A stretch of 64,000 nucleotides of DNA from Hyphochytrium catenoides (taxonomy: Eukaryota; Protista; Hyphochytriomycota): positions 1-64,000 of the forward strand of contig FLMG01002043.1 in NCBI GenBank assembly GCA_900088475.1, given 5' to 3'. The position numbers and the translations under genes were made by a program. This document shows positions 50,033 to 63,370 of this stretch, one piece after another (position 1 is the first letter of the stretch; every line of letters begins with the position of its first letter). Below the pieces are notes generated by a model. It saw only the letters and a program-made list of their open reading frames with translations. It was not told the DNA's origin and ran no database searches.

Positions 50033-51196
50033 ATGGGTCTGGGTTTATTGCTCAGTGTTCTCCTGCTTCAATATGCAACGACCGCAGTTCTACTCTACAT
50101 TCCTTTGACGGAGGCTTCTCCGACTCCCCTCGGTTCGCAGCCCCTGCCGGGATGGTTACCGTCTCGCCCCCCTGGCAAAAACATGATCATCCACAATAAT
50201 TGCCCCTTCAACATCTGGCCAGCTTATGTCGGGACTGATGAGAGAACGGGAACTCCGGTCTGGGGGCGCGCAGATTCCGCAAATCCCGCGGGAAACACCA
50301 TTCCAATGCCTTCCGGAGCTTACAAGGTAGTCCCCGTTTACAATGGCGCGGTCGCTGTGCGCGTGTGGGCACGAACGGGGTGCAAGAGAGAGTCCGACGG
50401 ACGGTTTGTTTGCGCCATCGGTGACTGCGGGAATGCAGAGAATAATTTTGATGGTAGCTGCTATAGAAGTTCTGGGAAGGGTGCCATTTCTCTCGCGGAG
50501 TTCTCGTTTACAGCTAACAATGGGAACACATTCTACGACTTGAGCTTGGTCGATGGATATACCGTTCCTATCTCCATCACGCTAGTAGGAACTGCCATTG
50601 ACACTCCTGGTAGTGCGCCAGACTTCAGCTGCGGAAATCCATTTTGCCGACCAGACCAGTCATTCAGTCAGTGTCCACCAGAGCTAAAGAAGAGAGACGC
50701 TACCGGAAAGGTTATTGGCTGCTTTAATATCCACGCCGCTGCAGCTGATGAGGAATTGAGAGCTGGCGCTACTTATGGCGCCTATCTGACCAAAATATGG
50801 ACCGACGCCGAGCTGTGGTCCAGAACCGCCTGCGACGCCCTTACCGGAGACTGCGGCGGCAACAACGTCCAGGAGACTCTTTATAGCGGAAACCACATCA
50901 AGCGCGGAACATACCTTGCACGTGAAGGAGGGAACCGGACGGGATATGCGTGCTCGCCATTCATCGACTGGATGGCACCTTATAAGGACGAGTTCGATCC
51001 TTTCATCTGCTATGATGAGCGTAAGCCTAAGCCCCTGAATGGCTTCGGCAGAGATTGGGGGATCGGCGCGTCGCCTTCGTATGCTCAGCTCTTCAAAAAA
51101 ATCTGTCCGCTGGCTTACAGCTGGCAGTTTAACGACGGCGAAAGCACCTTCCAGTGTATGGGCGATGATCTGAGTTACATCATTGACTTCTGCTAA
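50033..51196 (+). CDS. Secreted thaumatin-like protein (PR-5/GH152 family); intronless
   Basis: Signal peptide; NNCPFNIWPA, RVWARTGC, C..GDCG, SLAEFSF, FYDLSLVDGYTVPISI and YAQLFKKICPLAYSWQFND..STFQC...YIIDFC. Confidence 0.95.
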   Translation: MGLGLLLSVLLLQYATTAVLLYIPLTEASPTPLGSQPLPGWLPSRPPGKNMIIHNNCPFNIWPAYVGTDERTGTPVWGRADSANPAGNTIPMPSGAYKVVPVYNGAVAVRVWARTGCKRESDGRFVCAIGDCGNAENNFDGSCYRSSGKGAISLAEFSFTANNGNTFYDLSLVDGYTVPISITLVGTAIDTPGSAPDFSCGNPFCRPDQSFSQCPPELKKRDATGKVIGCFNIHAAAADEELRAGATYGAYLTKIWTDAELWSRTACDALTGDCGGNNVQETLYSGNHIKRGTYLAREGGNRTGYACSPFIDWMAPYKDEFDPFICYDERKPKPLNGFGRDWGIGASPSYAQLFKKICPLAYSWQFNDGESTFQCMGDDLSYIIDFC

Positions 51197-52779
51197 CAAT
51201 AACACTGTTCTTAGCGGCGCATATAAGAGTGCCGCTTCGCCTGGCACAAGGAACGTAAGGCTTCTTCACACGATTGGCTGGAGGAACATCTTGGTACAGC
51301 GATTCTTGCTGTTCGGCTCCTTCTCTCCATTAGCCGCCAAATCGACTCTTCTTCTCGGACGGCAGCTATGCCAAGTTCTTTGTTAGTTTAAGTCATGAGA
51401 CATTCTCTCGTTTTCTGTTCTAAAAAAAGTTATTGTTAGAGCACTGCTAGTCTCTATATTGTCATTCTTGGTACTAGTGCTAAGATGAGAGATGGGAAGA
51501 AGAGGGGAGAAGATAGAACAACCAGAGACGGAGATGGGAAGCGGAGATGATGACCAACAACAAGAAGGGTACAGACAAGAACAAAATATAAGCCTTTGGG
51601 TGGTCTTTTTCTGCTCCTCCTGTTCTATCTTCATCAGAAAAAGTGGAAGGTGTTTTGCTCAGTGGTCATATCAGAAAAGAGAGAAGGAGAAGAAGCACGA
51701 CTTCCGCCTTCCAAGAGAGAAAAAGCAAGCTGGGTTGGAGGACTAGATCGCCTCAGGTTAAGATGTGATTAGATGGCAGAGTTGGTTGGAAGCTCTTCTT
51801 CGTTGTGGTGCAAATAGCAGAATAAGATTAATGAAATTTATGAGCTCAAGGAGAGCTCAATGAACTAATGATCCCTACGTTCTATAAAGCCTATGTATGC
51901 AAAGCTATGAGAATGACATGCAAGAGAGAAAGCAGAGAAGAGGAACACTCTTAGCAACGGGAGAGTAGAGAGTGTTTGGACATAATTGAATGGTCACCAA
52001 GGGATCCATCGTCTCAGACAAGAGAATCGGCAATAAATTGGTGGCCAGAAGGAAGGGAAGAAGTGAAGTCGGAAAGAGAAAAATGTTCAAGAAGCAAGAA
52101 CAAATATCTAGAGAAATCATAAGAAAGAAAGTAGGACAAGGAGTCAAGAAGAAGAATATTCCTTGCTATAGAGACCCCAGAAGAAAAGGGTTCTCAGCAA
52201 GATGCACATTCTCCTCTTGCTTTATACTTCTGCTGGATCTCTCACTGTAACAACTCTTCTGCTGAGGAAACTTTTGTTACATCTGTGAAGGTGTGATGAG
52301 AGGAGTTATGAAGAGTCTACTCCGCATTCTTCTCATCATCATTCAGCCGGCACTGATCGAGGCCTATAGGACCAATGGCCAGATGGCTCCGAGGCCCACA
52401 GGATTGTTATACCGACCCCCATCGCCAGTGTTTATTTCGCTGAGCACTTGTTTCCATTGCAAAGGCGTGCGAAGAACATTGAATACTAGTTGAGACCTAA
52501 GCAGAATCAACAGCAACTCTCAAGGAGAAAAGGGAACAGAAAGAACTCGAGAACTATAAGAGGTGTACCGTCTTTCAGTTGCGACTCCACAACCGCTGAC
52601 CGTCCAGACCATTGTGGGAGGAAGTGATGTCTTTCTTTTCTCTTCTTTCCAGGAGCTATGACAGACTTTCTATTGAGCTGCTGAGAAGAAGAAGACAGAT
52701 TTGGAGAGAAGTTTTGCGGTCGGTGGGGAGTCGCAGATCACAATAACCAGAGGTTTAGAAAAAAAGTCTTTCCCTCCGT

Positions 52780-53690
52780 CCCTCTCTTCCCGTCTTTATG
52801 TTCTTTGTTTTTCCTTTCCATCTTCTCGCGGACAGATCTCACCAAGGTCTTTCTTCTGCATCCGCTCACTTTCTTTATGATGAGGAGGCGGAGCTGCTGT
52901 CTAGTTATTCTCATGTTGCATTCGGCAGCTCTTGCCACTCTGCAGCACCCTCTCACTTTCCTTCATCCCTTGCCTTCTCTGCTTGTCCGTTGTTTCTTCA
53001 TCACGCCTCTGACTCCTACACGCTCTATTATAATCTTTGTAGTAGCTCTTCCCTACTAGCGAGTATTTGGTTCCCGAGGAGAGGCTAACATCAAATAGAT
53101 GACCTCTCCCTTTCCCTTTGTTGGATCTTATTCCGTCTAAGTGCAAGCGATACAGCGTCGCCATGATGAGATTGACAAGGGCGTTAAACACTAGCCAAAG
53201 AGGCAGAGTAATAGAAAATCCGTTGCTCAGCTTTCTCAGGGGGCTGAGAATCATGAGAAACGTGGATAGGAGAATATTACCAAAGAGGTGACATGAAAAT
53301 GTAAGGCCGAAGAAAAGGAGGAAGATGAAGCAGAGATCCGGAGGAAAGGAGAGATGAGCCGAGAAGTTAAGGAGCCTTCACACGACGAAGAGGTCTAGGA
53401 GAGGCACAGCAACAGGAATAAGAAGAAGTGCAGAAGATGACATGAAGATTGGCAGGAGGAAGAAAGAAAGAACAAGAAGCGATAGAAAGGTACTGGAGGC
53501 TGTATAACAATGGCAGCTCGCTCGAATAATGGGCTGAGAAACGATGGACGACAACGACAAGTTCTTCTTCTAAGGTTGACTTCAGTAACGCTTTCCACTC
53601 TGTGATGGTTCTGTCTTCCCAACTTATTCCTGGAGCAGTCAACGAGCGCGCTGGATAATGTTAGCAGTTTTTGGCTATGAGGCTGACATT
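52780..53690 (-). pseudogene. Probable pseudogene of a multi-pass membrane protein
   Basis: Track ORFs 53378-53560 and 52901-53254 are one frame separated by a single TGA: ...STFLSLLVLSFFLLPIF...VPLLDLFVV*RLLNF...LCFIFLLFFGLTFSCHLFGNILLSTFLMILSPLRK...LPLWLVFNALVNLIMATLYRL. Further in-frame stops lie upstream and downstream. Confidence 0.55.
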
Positions 53691-55334
53691 ATCTGTGAAA
53701 CATCAAGCATTAGAGAGGGTGGTCCGCTCGGTTTCTTCTCTTCGCCTCAGCAATAAACTTTGTCGTTCTTATGGTGCGGCACACCATATCTGAGTGCCTT
53801 CTTGAAGGCGCTGAAATCCTGATGAGGGTACCATCCTTGGCTCTCTTATCATGTCCGTGCATTATGGATAATAGCTAAGGATCCTGGAGGAGCTGTTGAG
53901 GGCTGTGAAGCTTCGATAGAGCTCTGCGATCTTCGACGACGGTCTAACATATTGAATAATCCAACCACGACATTGGCGACATATCGTTGCCAGCATAATG
54001 AGCTTACTATGCTATCTCGCGAGGAGAAGCTCTGATTGAAGGAACCGTCGCATAACCTACGTAGCAGGAGTGATTCCTTGCTGCTGGTCCTATTTCGTCT
54101 GCCATTCAAAGAGCAGCCGGTGATAATAGGCTACAAGTGTGAGCTGCGGGGTGTCGAACAACTTTTGGCCGTTGTCCCCGATTCCAAGGATAGCACACAG
54201 AGGATGAGGCATGAGTGTTCGGTACTTTCAATCTCTGTGGGGACAGGGGAGTCATCTCGTAGAGAGCTGCTGTTCTTGAGGAGGGGAAAGTAGACCGTAC
54301 TAACGTGAGCTCGTTTGATTGAACACTGGACCTGTATGAATGTGCCCTGCTTCCGTCCGTCAGGAAGGTGGTTCTACACCCGACGGTCATCGCTTCAGGT
54401 AGACATCATCGCCCAAGAGAAACTCTCCTCCTATAATCAGGACTGCTGTCGGGTTTGTGATGCAAGAATGACTCTATCATAGCCGAAAGATGTGCGCGCC
54501 AGTTGCAAGGAATCAGCAGGACTTCCCGCGACGTCCGCGAGTCCTATGTCAGATTGCGTGAAGCAGGCAAGTGTTTGGCCTACTGGATGACAGTCTGTCA
54601 GTACACAAGAGCAAGAGCATCAGCCGAACCCTCGAGAAAACAGAAACTAGACTACGACTCTTCTGAAGTCGAGGATTGAGAGAGCCCGCTCTCAGATAAA
54701 GCGGAGGCAGGGGCCGCGATCTTCCCCAATCAATAGCATCCATGCCTGTGGAGCAAGTGGCACCATCGCCGAAAGTCTTCTGATGCACTCGCCTTCACCA
54801 TATTTATCAATCGAGTAGCTAAAGAAGAAGTGCTAGACTTAGAGACCTATATCAAAAGCACAGATGGTAACAACTTCCATGACTTTCATTGATGATCATA
54901 GACCGGCATCCAGGAAGCTCTAGACACCCAACAAGCAACGAAAGAGATTCATGAAGATCACTGTCTAGACCGAAGTGGCAGGGTCGGAGATAGAGTGTAT
55001 CAGCACCCGTTCAGGGGGTGGTCACAGCTAGCGAAGAACAAGAAGAACGGCGAAGAAAGAACAGTTAACATGCTTTATAGAAGATGGCTAATTACTTTTC
55101 TTATAAGCGTTCATACTAGCAGCAACAACATTTTATAAGAGATCGCTGTACATCAAGCAGCAGCAGGAAGAAGAGGAGACTGAGTTGAAGCAAGAAAGAC
55201 TACATAGAATCGAAGCCGGACTGCTGCATTTTATGGCTACCTGCATCGTGTTGGTTGTTGAGCATGATTACATTCTCCTTACTGCTTTTTATGATGAGAA
55301 GCCCGCTAGGTGGTGACCACACCTCGATTAAACC

Positions 55335-57777
55335 TCATCGCCCCCACGAGAGCAGAGCAAACGGGGTCCGATCATACGCACCATCCGTGGAGAAGACGAA
55401 AGAACCCTCAATGTGGAGGGATCCCTCTACGCCTCCAGACGATTCCTCAAACGACTCATCCATATAGACCTCCGCTTTGCTTCCAGTCGCCTCCAGGCCT
55501 TCATCATCTGCTCCACTTTTCTTCTTCTCCGCAATCTTTAATGCACTGCGTAGCGTTTGAAAGCCTTGCACAAGGCGCTTTTGCAGAGCCTTCCACTTCA
55601 GTTTTTCATCTTCTTTAATGAGGACAAGGCCGAACCCGATCTTCAGTGTAATGGACCGGTGAGGATCCTTCTCTTTTGAAGACCGAAAGCTATGGACAAC
55701 GGTTTTCTTCGCCATCTGAAGACAGAACTCCTCTATTAGCTTGAAGATGTTTCCATGTTGGCCCATCACCTCCCAGTCATGCAAGCTCAGAACTAGTTCA
55801 CATCTGAGAGCCTGGGACTTCACGATGAAATCTGCAAGCCCCTTTCCAGTGACTTGGCTCGTAGAATAGAAGTAAGCGAGTTCTAGATGAGCCATCTTCG
55901 CCAGCTCGGACAACCCTTTGTCGCCAAAGTAGTGGAGCCTAACTGGCTCCTGACCGTGATCCGGCTCCATCATGTATAGGAAGCGAAACTTCGGGCAGTG
56001 CTTGCGAATGAGCTTCACTGTCTTGTCCGTTACAAAGTCTGTTCTCAGGAAGAGATCAAGAGGCAGTGGCAGTGCCGTCATCAGGAAGGGAATAAGGAAG
56101 AAGAGCTAGCTATATTGGAGGAGGGGATCGAGCGGAGGTATGATGGCAGAACGATAGTAAAATATAGCGCAATGGAGAAGACTTACCCCCAAATATTTCC
56201 CCTTGGACGACAAACTCCTCTAAAGCCGGGCACGACGAAAGAAAGGCACCAAGATGTTCCACATTGTCAAGCACTCCTTCATACAGTTCATCATAGTTAC
56301 AGGCAGGAAGCGCCTCTGTGTCTTCGCTGATCCGGAGACTTCTAAGCTTAGGTTTCGATACTTTAGCCAGGATTCCGAGCAGCTCCGGGTCCTCCATGAG
56401 CTCGTCCGAGTCAAACTCCCAGGTGCGAAGATTCTGGCACCGCCGAAAGAAGGTCAACATAGTGTCATCTGAAGCAGTGTTGTCCATCTTGCGATAACAA
56501 AATTCATCAATGTCGTCGACTCCGCGGCCACCGAAGCACTCAAGATCTGGAGCGTATGTATAGAGCGCTCTATAGAAGTCGTCGTCTGCCGGTAGTCCGT
56601 CTCCGCCAGGACTCACGAGCTCTCCAGACATGTCAAGCCTTCGGATGCCCCCGTTATGGTGATGCCACCGCTTTAATGCGAGTTGGAAGATCTCTGGCGT
56701 GGGTCCATATACTGAGGCAACAAGCGCGTTGTCGTCTTCGTGGTCATCATGCGGCGCTTCCCCTGCTGCTGCAGCATGGCCAACCTTACCTACTTCGGGG
56801 CCGCTGCTTGTTGAGCTAGATAGCTCGCGGTAAGAGAAGGTATGAGGTCCTTGCTGCGGATGGCCCCGCACCCATGGTTGCAGGCAGTTTAAGTTCAGAG
56901 CCTCTAGGTGCGGCAAGAGCCTGGAGGCGGACTCCAGGATAAGGTTGTACCCGAACTCAGGCGCTTTATTTTGAAGCTGGTAGGTGCGGTTGAGGTCTGT
57001 CTCAAGAGTAAGACTTCTTAGGCCTGAAAGCGCGCCAAAGAGTTCATCCCACAATCGGAGAGCCTGAGGCGAGACCTCAAGAAGATCGCTCTTCTCTGCA
57101 GCAGGCACAGATCCCGTAGAGTCACCCTCATGAGGAAAAAGATCGCCGTAGTACTTTGGACAGTTAATGTACACTTTCAGATGAGTAATAGCGGGGTTGG
57201 CTCTGTTCTTCTCGAGAACTCGCGCTACCTCCATTCTGAGAAGGTCGAGGCGGTACTGTCTGTTGTCGATAGACTTATTATCCACAGAGATAACCATCGA
57301 CTCAGCGGGACGGCTATCCTCTGCCACAGCGTGTTGAATCGCAGGAATCAAAGCTTCTCGAAACTCCGGAGAGACACCTGATAGCTCCTCTAGGTTGCGG
57401 AGCTTGAAACTTTTCCACCATTTCTTCTCTTTAATTTGAGAACTCGATTGGTAGTCCATAAGGAACAATCTGGGCGGTAAGATCTCACCTTCGTCTTGAA
57501 GCCAGAAGTCTTCCACACGACAGCTTTCTGCGGCCTCCACAAGCACTTTCCGCAAGAGGTCCACAGGCAGAGCGGTTAGAGATGCTTGCTCCTTGATAAT
57601 TTTTGAGAGCGCGGTCTCATCGACACCCGTCGATCGTCCCTCATCTTCATTGCTTCTGCCACCGCGGTGTCCATTAGAAGCTCCTGTCGCCCCGCCTGCG
57701 GCGACAGGATAACTATTCCTTCTGGTGCTGTTCTTCACTACGGCATCACTTGCTGTGGAAGAACTGCAAGCGCCCAT
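55335..57777 (-). CDS. N-myristoylated F-box-like/leucine-rich-repeat (RNI/AMN1-type) protein, 2 exons, ~764 aa
   Basis: MGACSSS N-terminus; LTALPVDLLRKVL F-box-like motif; LRR units LSGLRSLTL, LPHLEALNLN, CQNLRTWEF, CPALEEF and VTDKTVKLIRKHCPKFRFL. Intron 56039-56186 (GTAAGT...CAG) joins the two track ORFs in phase as EIFG|DFVTDK. Confidence 0.85.
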
Positions 57778-60700
57778 TGCTCCTGGAATGTTGTGCTTGT
57801 TTTGTCCTCGGATTTTAGACTTCCTCCTAACCTGCTACCGCTTTTGCAAGTGGCTCACACTCTATTGATTGTTACAGCTATTATAATCTCTTCTAGGTTC
57901 TCCGGATGGGGCCGTTCGTACTGACGAAGATAGACGACTGAGATATATGGCGTTCTCTCTGGGAAGAGACTGGCCTCGATACACTTTATAATCCTCATTC
58001 TCCAACGACCTTGCCTTCTCCTGAACAAACAGACCAGGGAGCAGGAGAGGCGCGCAGCAGATGGAGCACGGGAAACTAGGTTCCGTCCAAAGACCGCAAG
58101 TCAGTGAGCCGCAATTCACAAAGCCAGCACTTCGTACACTCTTCCAATCAGGAAACTGCTGGCTCTTACCCTTCTTGCTGCATCCTTCGACTACGGCCCG
58201 CGTCATAATAACAGACGGTAGGTCATAAAGAGCCACACGCGAACCGGATCTTGACCAAATCCTGGTCAGGAGGATTCACCCCTGCTTGTTCGGACCGTGA
58301 AGCAGCAGCAGGAAACCGCAGCCATCCAAACCGCTTGTGGACAGACTCCCCTCCTGTCCCCTGCTTCTGTTCCATTATCGACTTGATCCTTCTTGCTCTG
58401 GCAAGAATCTCTTCTCTTCTGTCTTCTCTCTCATGAGCTTACCTTCTGGTAGGACATGAACTGAGGGAAATGAGCCGATTGATAGTAACAAGAGGGCGAG
58501 GGGCGTGCCACGTGAAGCGAACGAAAAGATAAGACAAAGATGATGCCGTCACGATCTCTATTCCGCTCTGTCTCTCTCCCACTGTGGCAAGTTTGGCCAC
58601 CGCTCATATTTCGCTGGACTCTTTCTCTACTTGATGCCCGACCAATGGTTGGGCAGGCCATTCTTAGGTGGGTAGTAAGGGTGACAGCTTTATAACTATA
58701 TGCCTTACTGTAGACCAACCCTGTGATTATCGGTACCATGTGGACATTAGAGAGGAAGGAGCCCGATTATTGCCAATGGGTAACGGACCAATCTAAGGTG
58801 CACTTGCCTACCTTTTGATTATGCTCCTTCTCTAAAATATGTGCCGTCTCTCCCTTCGTCCGTCCCCCTTCCCCTCCTCACTTCTGCTCTGCTGCTCTAG
58901 CTCGGCTCCCTTAGGTCACTCCAGCTATTGTACCGACCCACCCTCCTCCTTCTGCTTGCTGCTGCTTTATCTTTTAGAAGGACAAATGCCGGACATTTTA
59001 CCTCTTCGTTCTCTTCTCAAGCCTCTTCGTAGAAGAATCTCCATCCGTCGCTTGTTTTTCTTCGTTTCCCCGTCGTTCCAATAAGACAACGTCATCATTG
59101 ATCATTGATGAACGATCTTCCACCAGAAGCTAGGCAACCTTGATCGCTACTACTACTTCTACCACTATCTACCACTTATTGCGCACTACCACCGCTTCGC
59201 TACTTACATACCATCAACCTCGTGGTCAAGACAAATTACTCCTACCAGTAGTAGGTAGACGACGAGGCAGAAACGGCCTACACTATCGTGGAAGAGAATG
59301 AGGAAGAAGCAATAGTCGTAGAAGAGCAGCAGAGGTGGTTTACTATCCAGAAGGGAGCAGCAGCAGCATCTAGAGCGAGCAGCCTGAGATAGGGAAAACA
59401 ACTGCTACTGAACACCAAGAAGAGAGAGAACAAGAATAAGAATAAGAAGAGGAGCAGCAAGAAGTGCTCCAAGAAGAACAGAAGAGCTTTGCTTTCTGCA
59501 TATAATTCTTACTGCTTGTTTCGTCGGTTATTCCACGTTTGGTTTCCGTCAACGCTAATCTAATAAAAGACACTAGGGGAGAAGAGAAGGATGCATAGTG
59601 ACAAAGAAGAGAGGAGAAGGATCCGTACAGAAGAGTAGGAAGAGAAGTGAAGGCTGGTCCTTACGAAGGAAGCGGCAAGCTGCCTCTCCAAGGATACATT
59701 TAAACCTTCTGCAACAATGCTAACGCCACCTTCTCCACGAATCGTATTCACTTCTCTTTCTCCAAGTCTGTACGGTACGCATCCTTCTTTCCTCTTCTCT
59801 TCTCTGTACGCATCCTTCTCCTCTTCCCTCCTAACGTTTCTTATTCGACCAGTGGTCACTTTTTTTTCTTCTATACGCCTCGTTTTCGTCGTCTCTTGTT
59901 CTCTTCTCGCATTCCGTCAGCATTCACTATAGGGTTATTTTTCTCCTGCTAGTTCTCCTGCGGCATTTGGTTATGATGCTATAAAGTAGTAGGAAACAGA
60001 TCATTGATGAAAGTAGCAAAGAAGAGAGAGAGAGGGAGGAACAAGAAAGAGGTGGGATTACTATATACAAGGGACGAGATGATGAGGGGAAAGGAAGTTA
60101 AAAAGCACCGCAAGGTATCATGGTCCCCGAATAGAGACAGTTCAATCGATCGCCTAGCGCGACTGTTCAGCTCCCCTGCATCTGTAGAACTTCAAAAACA
60201 TTGATGTGAGGACGGTAGAAACACCGACAAATCGTTCTTCTGTTAACCTGCATCGAGAGCCAGCCTGGAGCGGATGTCTCCTATAGGTGCTGCTGCTGAC
60301 CTCTGGTCAAAGTGCACTGTCTTCGGCTTCACATACTTTATTATGGCCACTCATTAGGAGCAGGCTTGTTCTTCTAAAGCTGCCTGAGTAGCCAGGGCTC
60401 AGCCCGTCATCGGAAGGACGCTGGGCAAAGCCGCCTATCATATAGGAAGACTGCTAATTGGATCACCGCAGTGTCCAGTACATGTAGTAGATGTACTAAA
60501 AATGGATCAGAGATTGAATGTCTCAGCTCCAGTTGCCAGAAAGTCTTTTTGTCTTTCTTCTCACAGTTTGCCCTGGTGGTCTGCTCTCCCTCTCTCTCCT
60601 TCTTTCTGTATGTGTCCGTCTCTCTCTCTATTTGTCTTGCTCTCTCTCTCTACTCCCTCTCTTCTATAAGCACGAGCGAAGGAGCATGCGCGACTACAGC

Positions 60701-61904
60701 GATCGAGAAGGAGAGAGACAATCACAGTTGAAGTGAGAGGCAGCGGAGGCGTAGTTGCACAGGCCGGTAGTTTTAGTTGGCTAATAAATCAATCAGCCTG
60801 AGGTTGTGCATCTATCCTCTTCGCGTTTACCGGTGTAGTGGGCCTCTGACCTTAACAGCGTTGGGCAAGGACAAGCAACGAGAGGAGGTCCTTCCATCGA
60901 CAAATGACGTACTTGAAGTCCTCTCATACTCCAGAGTGCTGCCTTGACCATTCACCCGCGTGACGAGACAGCGCGGTTATGAGGCTCAGACAGGCATCCA
61001 GGAGTAGAAGAGCTGGTCTTAGCGAGTTTGAAGCATGGTGGAGCCACCAACGTTCTTCGATAATAAGAAAGAGGGGAGGGGGGAGAATGAGGGCGGTTGA
61101 GAAGAAGAAGGGGCATTGCCGCACGAACAACGGTCACCAATCTGCCGTGCCACCACGACCGACCCCCTCTTCGGATTCTGATGCGGTTTGGCTGCTGGCT
61201 GACATGCCTGGGAAGGGAGCCTCTTCCTACTACATCTAGCCCCAAACAGAGCGAGAAGACAGGGCAAGGAAAGAAAGAAAAAAAAGTGATGAGGCAACCT
61301 TCTCCTGTATCAATAATCGATAGTTATTATCATCATCAGAATAGAACTTATTTAGTCTTTGAGGGGAAGCAATCTTCGGAATGAAACGATGCTTCCTGCT
61401 GGATGAGCTGCGAATTAATTTTTTCGAGCTGTGTACACAATGAAGAAGAAGGAATCCAGCCCATCTTTTCCTCCCACTCAAGCTTCTCGTTCAATACTAT
61501 TCTTCTTCTAGAAGGCCACCTTTCTACCTCATCTTCAACCTGCTTGTCTACTGTCCCATTGCGTGCCTACCAACCGTCATTGTGACTCACACATTGCGTT
61601 CAGTCGGTTCTTCCGTCTTCTTCCTTCGTGCTGAGATCCAGGCAGCTTCATGTCCGCCTCGTGTTATCCCTCTTCTTCTCCTCCTCGTCCCTGACGACGA
61701 CTAAATGACGCCAGCACTCTCTCCTTTCCTGTATGGTCTTTCTTTCAGGCCTATAACGGGTGGTGGTTACCGTGGTCATCAACGCAAGATCTTGACGGAC
61801 GGCGAGGAAAGCGTTATTATCGACCAGCAACGGCTCAGCTCAATAGGAGAAATATAAGTAGACGGGAAGTATCATTGCTCAACTTGTCGGAAGCAGTTAC
61901 GTAT

Positions 61905-62025
61905 AGCTTTTCTTCCCTTTTCTCTTCTTCCTCTTCCTCTTCTTCAGCGTTTTCTTCTTCTCCTTCTTCTTCTCCTCCTTCTTCTCCTCCTCCTCCTCCT
62001 TCTTCTTCTTCTTCTTTTACTTCTT
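61905..62025. repeat. (CTT/CTC)n trinucleotide low-complexity tract
   Basis: Directly visible. Confidence 0.9.
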
Positions 62026-63085
62026 AGTGCAGTAGCTACCAGTAAAAATTGTTTTTATAAAATCTATTTAGTAGTAGTACGGAGTAGTAGCTACTCATCC
62101 CACAACTAGTTTTTGGGTAATAAATGCCATACCAACTGGCAAAAGTTTTACTTCTTTTACTTCTTCTTCTTAGTTAATCGTTATTAGTAGAAGATGTAGA
62201 AACCTTTATTTTCTATATAATAAAACAATAATAGTCAAAACAGTACAGTTGTAGGGAAAAAAGGAGAACAAGAAGAAGAAGAAGAGAGGAAGGAAAAAGA
62301 GGAGGAGGAGGAGGAGAAGAGACAAGAGCCACAAAGTCTTGGTCTCTTCAACTCGCCCATCGTTATCAATAAAACAATGATGAATGATCCCTGATGAATG
62401 GATAAGTACAAGGCGGAGAAGGAGGCGAACAAGAAGAAGCCACTTTTGCTTCCTTCATCGTTCATGCCCGAGGAATTTTTTTAACGGCCAGACAGCTTCG
62501 AAGACCAGGAAATGCTGTCTATTTTTATTAGTTGATAAACCCATACTTGTCACTGCAATTAACCCCGTCGAGTGCCTATGATGGCCTAACTGAAGTTACG
62601 CGGTAGAGGGCTTTTACGTGACACACGGGAACCGTTGCAACAAATAAAAAAGGACTTGCTACACACACCGTTCAAGCAGCTCCGCACATTCGGTTCTCGC
62701 TGCTCTGGCTTTCTTCTTTCTTCCTCGCGCGCCCTTTACAGGAGATCTCACTGTCTTTTCTGATCTCTCCCCTCCCTCTGTCTTTCTCTATTTCCTTTAT
62801 TATCGTGGATGATGCTGATGCTTCCGCTTCCACAGTACCAACTCTCCCTTTCTAGCTCCGGCTCTCTCTCTTTCTCCATTATTATTGGGAAGTTCCTCTT
62901 CCTGAGACTATTGAGGGAAAGTTATACTCCGTATGACGAGAAAGAGCAAAAAGAATTGAATCAGAGAAGTAGAGCGTCCCGCCATAGAGAGTGAGAGAGA
63001 GATAAATCGTGAAAGGAAGAGAACGTGGAACGACGAGCGTCACTAGACAGGCTAGTGAAAAGCGAGGGCAGAAGAAAGACATAAG

Positions 63086-63314
63086 ATGGAAGACAGAGAG
63101 AGAGTTTTAGAACTACAGAGAACACGAGAAGAGAGAGAGAAAGCCCGACGAGGGGAGCAGAGAGAGAAGAGACGGGATAGAAGAGGAAGGGGGGATCAAC
63201 AGAACGAAAAAGAGGGAGGTAGGGAGAGAAAGAGCAGAGAGGGAGAGAGAAAGAGAGCGTCAGAGAGAGAGAGAGAGAGAGACGAGCAAAGAGAGGGTGA
63301 GAGAGGGCGACGAG

Positions 63315-63346
<32 letters not shown>

Positions 63347-63370
63347 AATTGAAGAAAAGAAAAGAGCTAC
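63086..63370. repeat. (AG)n and (TA)n microsatellite tract
   Basis: Directly visible; the E/R-rich track ORF here is a repeat translation. Confidence 0.9.

Noticed and set aside
50684-51247. 187-aa minus-strand ORF
   Set aside because: Antisense shadow of the thaumatin gene.
47010-53690. Alternative genetic code (stop read-through) to explain in-frame stops
   Set aside because: Intact genes in the window end in TAA or TGA and contain no internal stops, so pseudogenisation is the simpler explanation.
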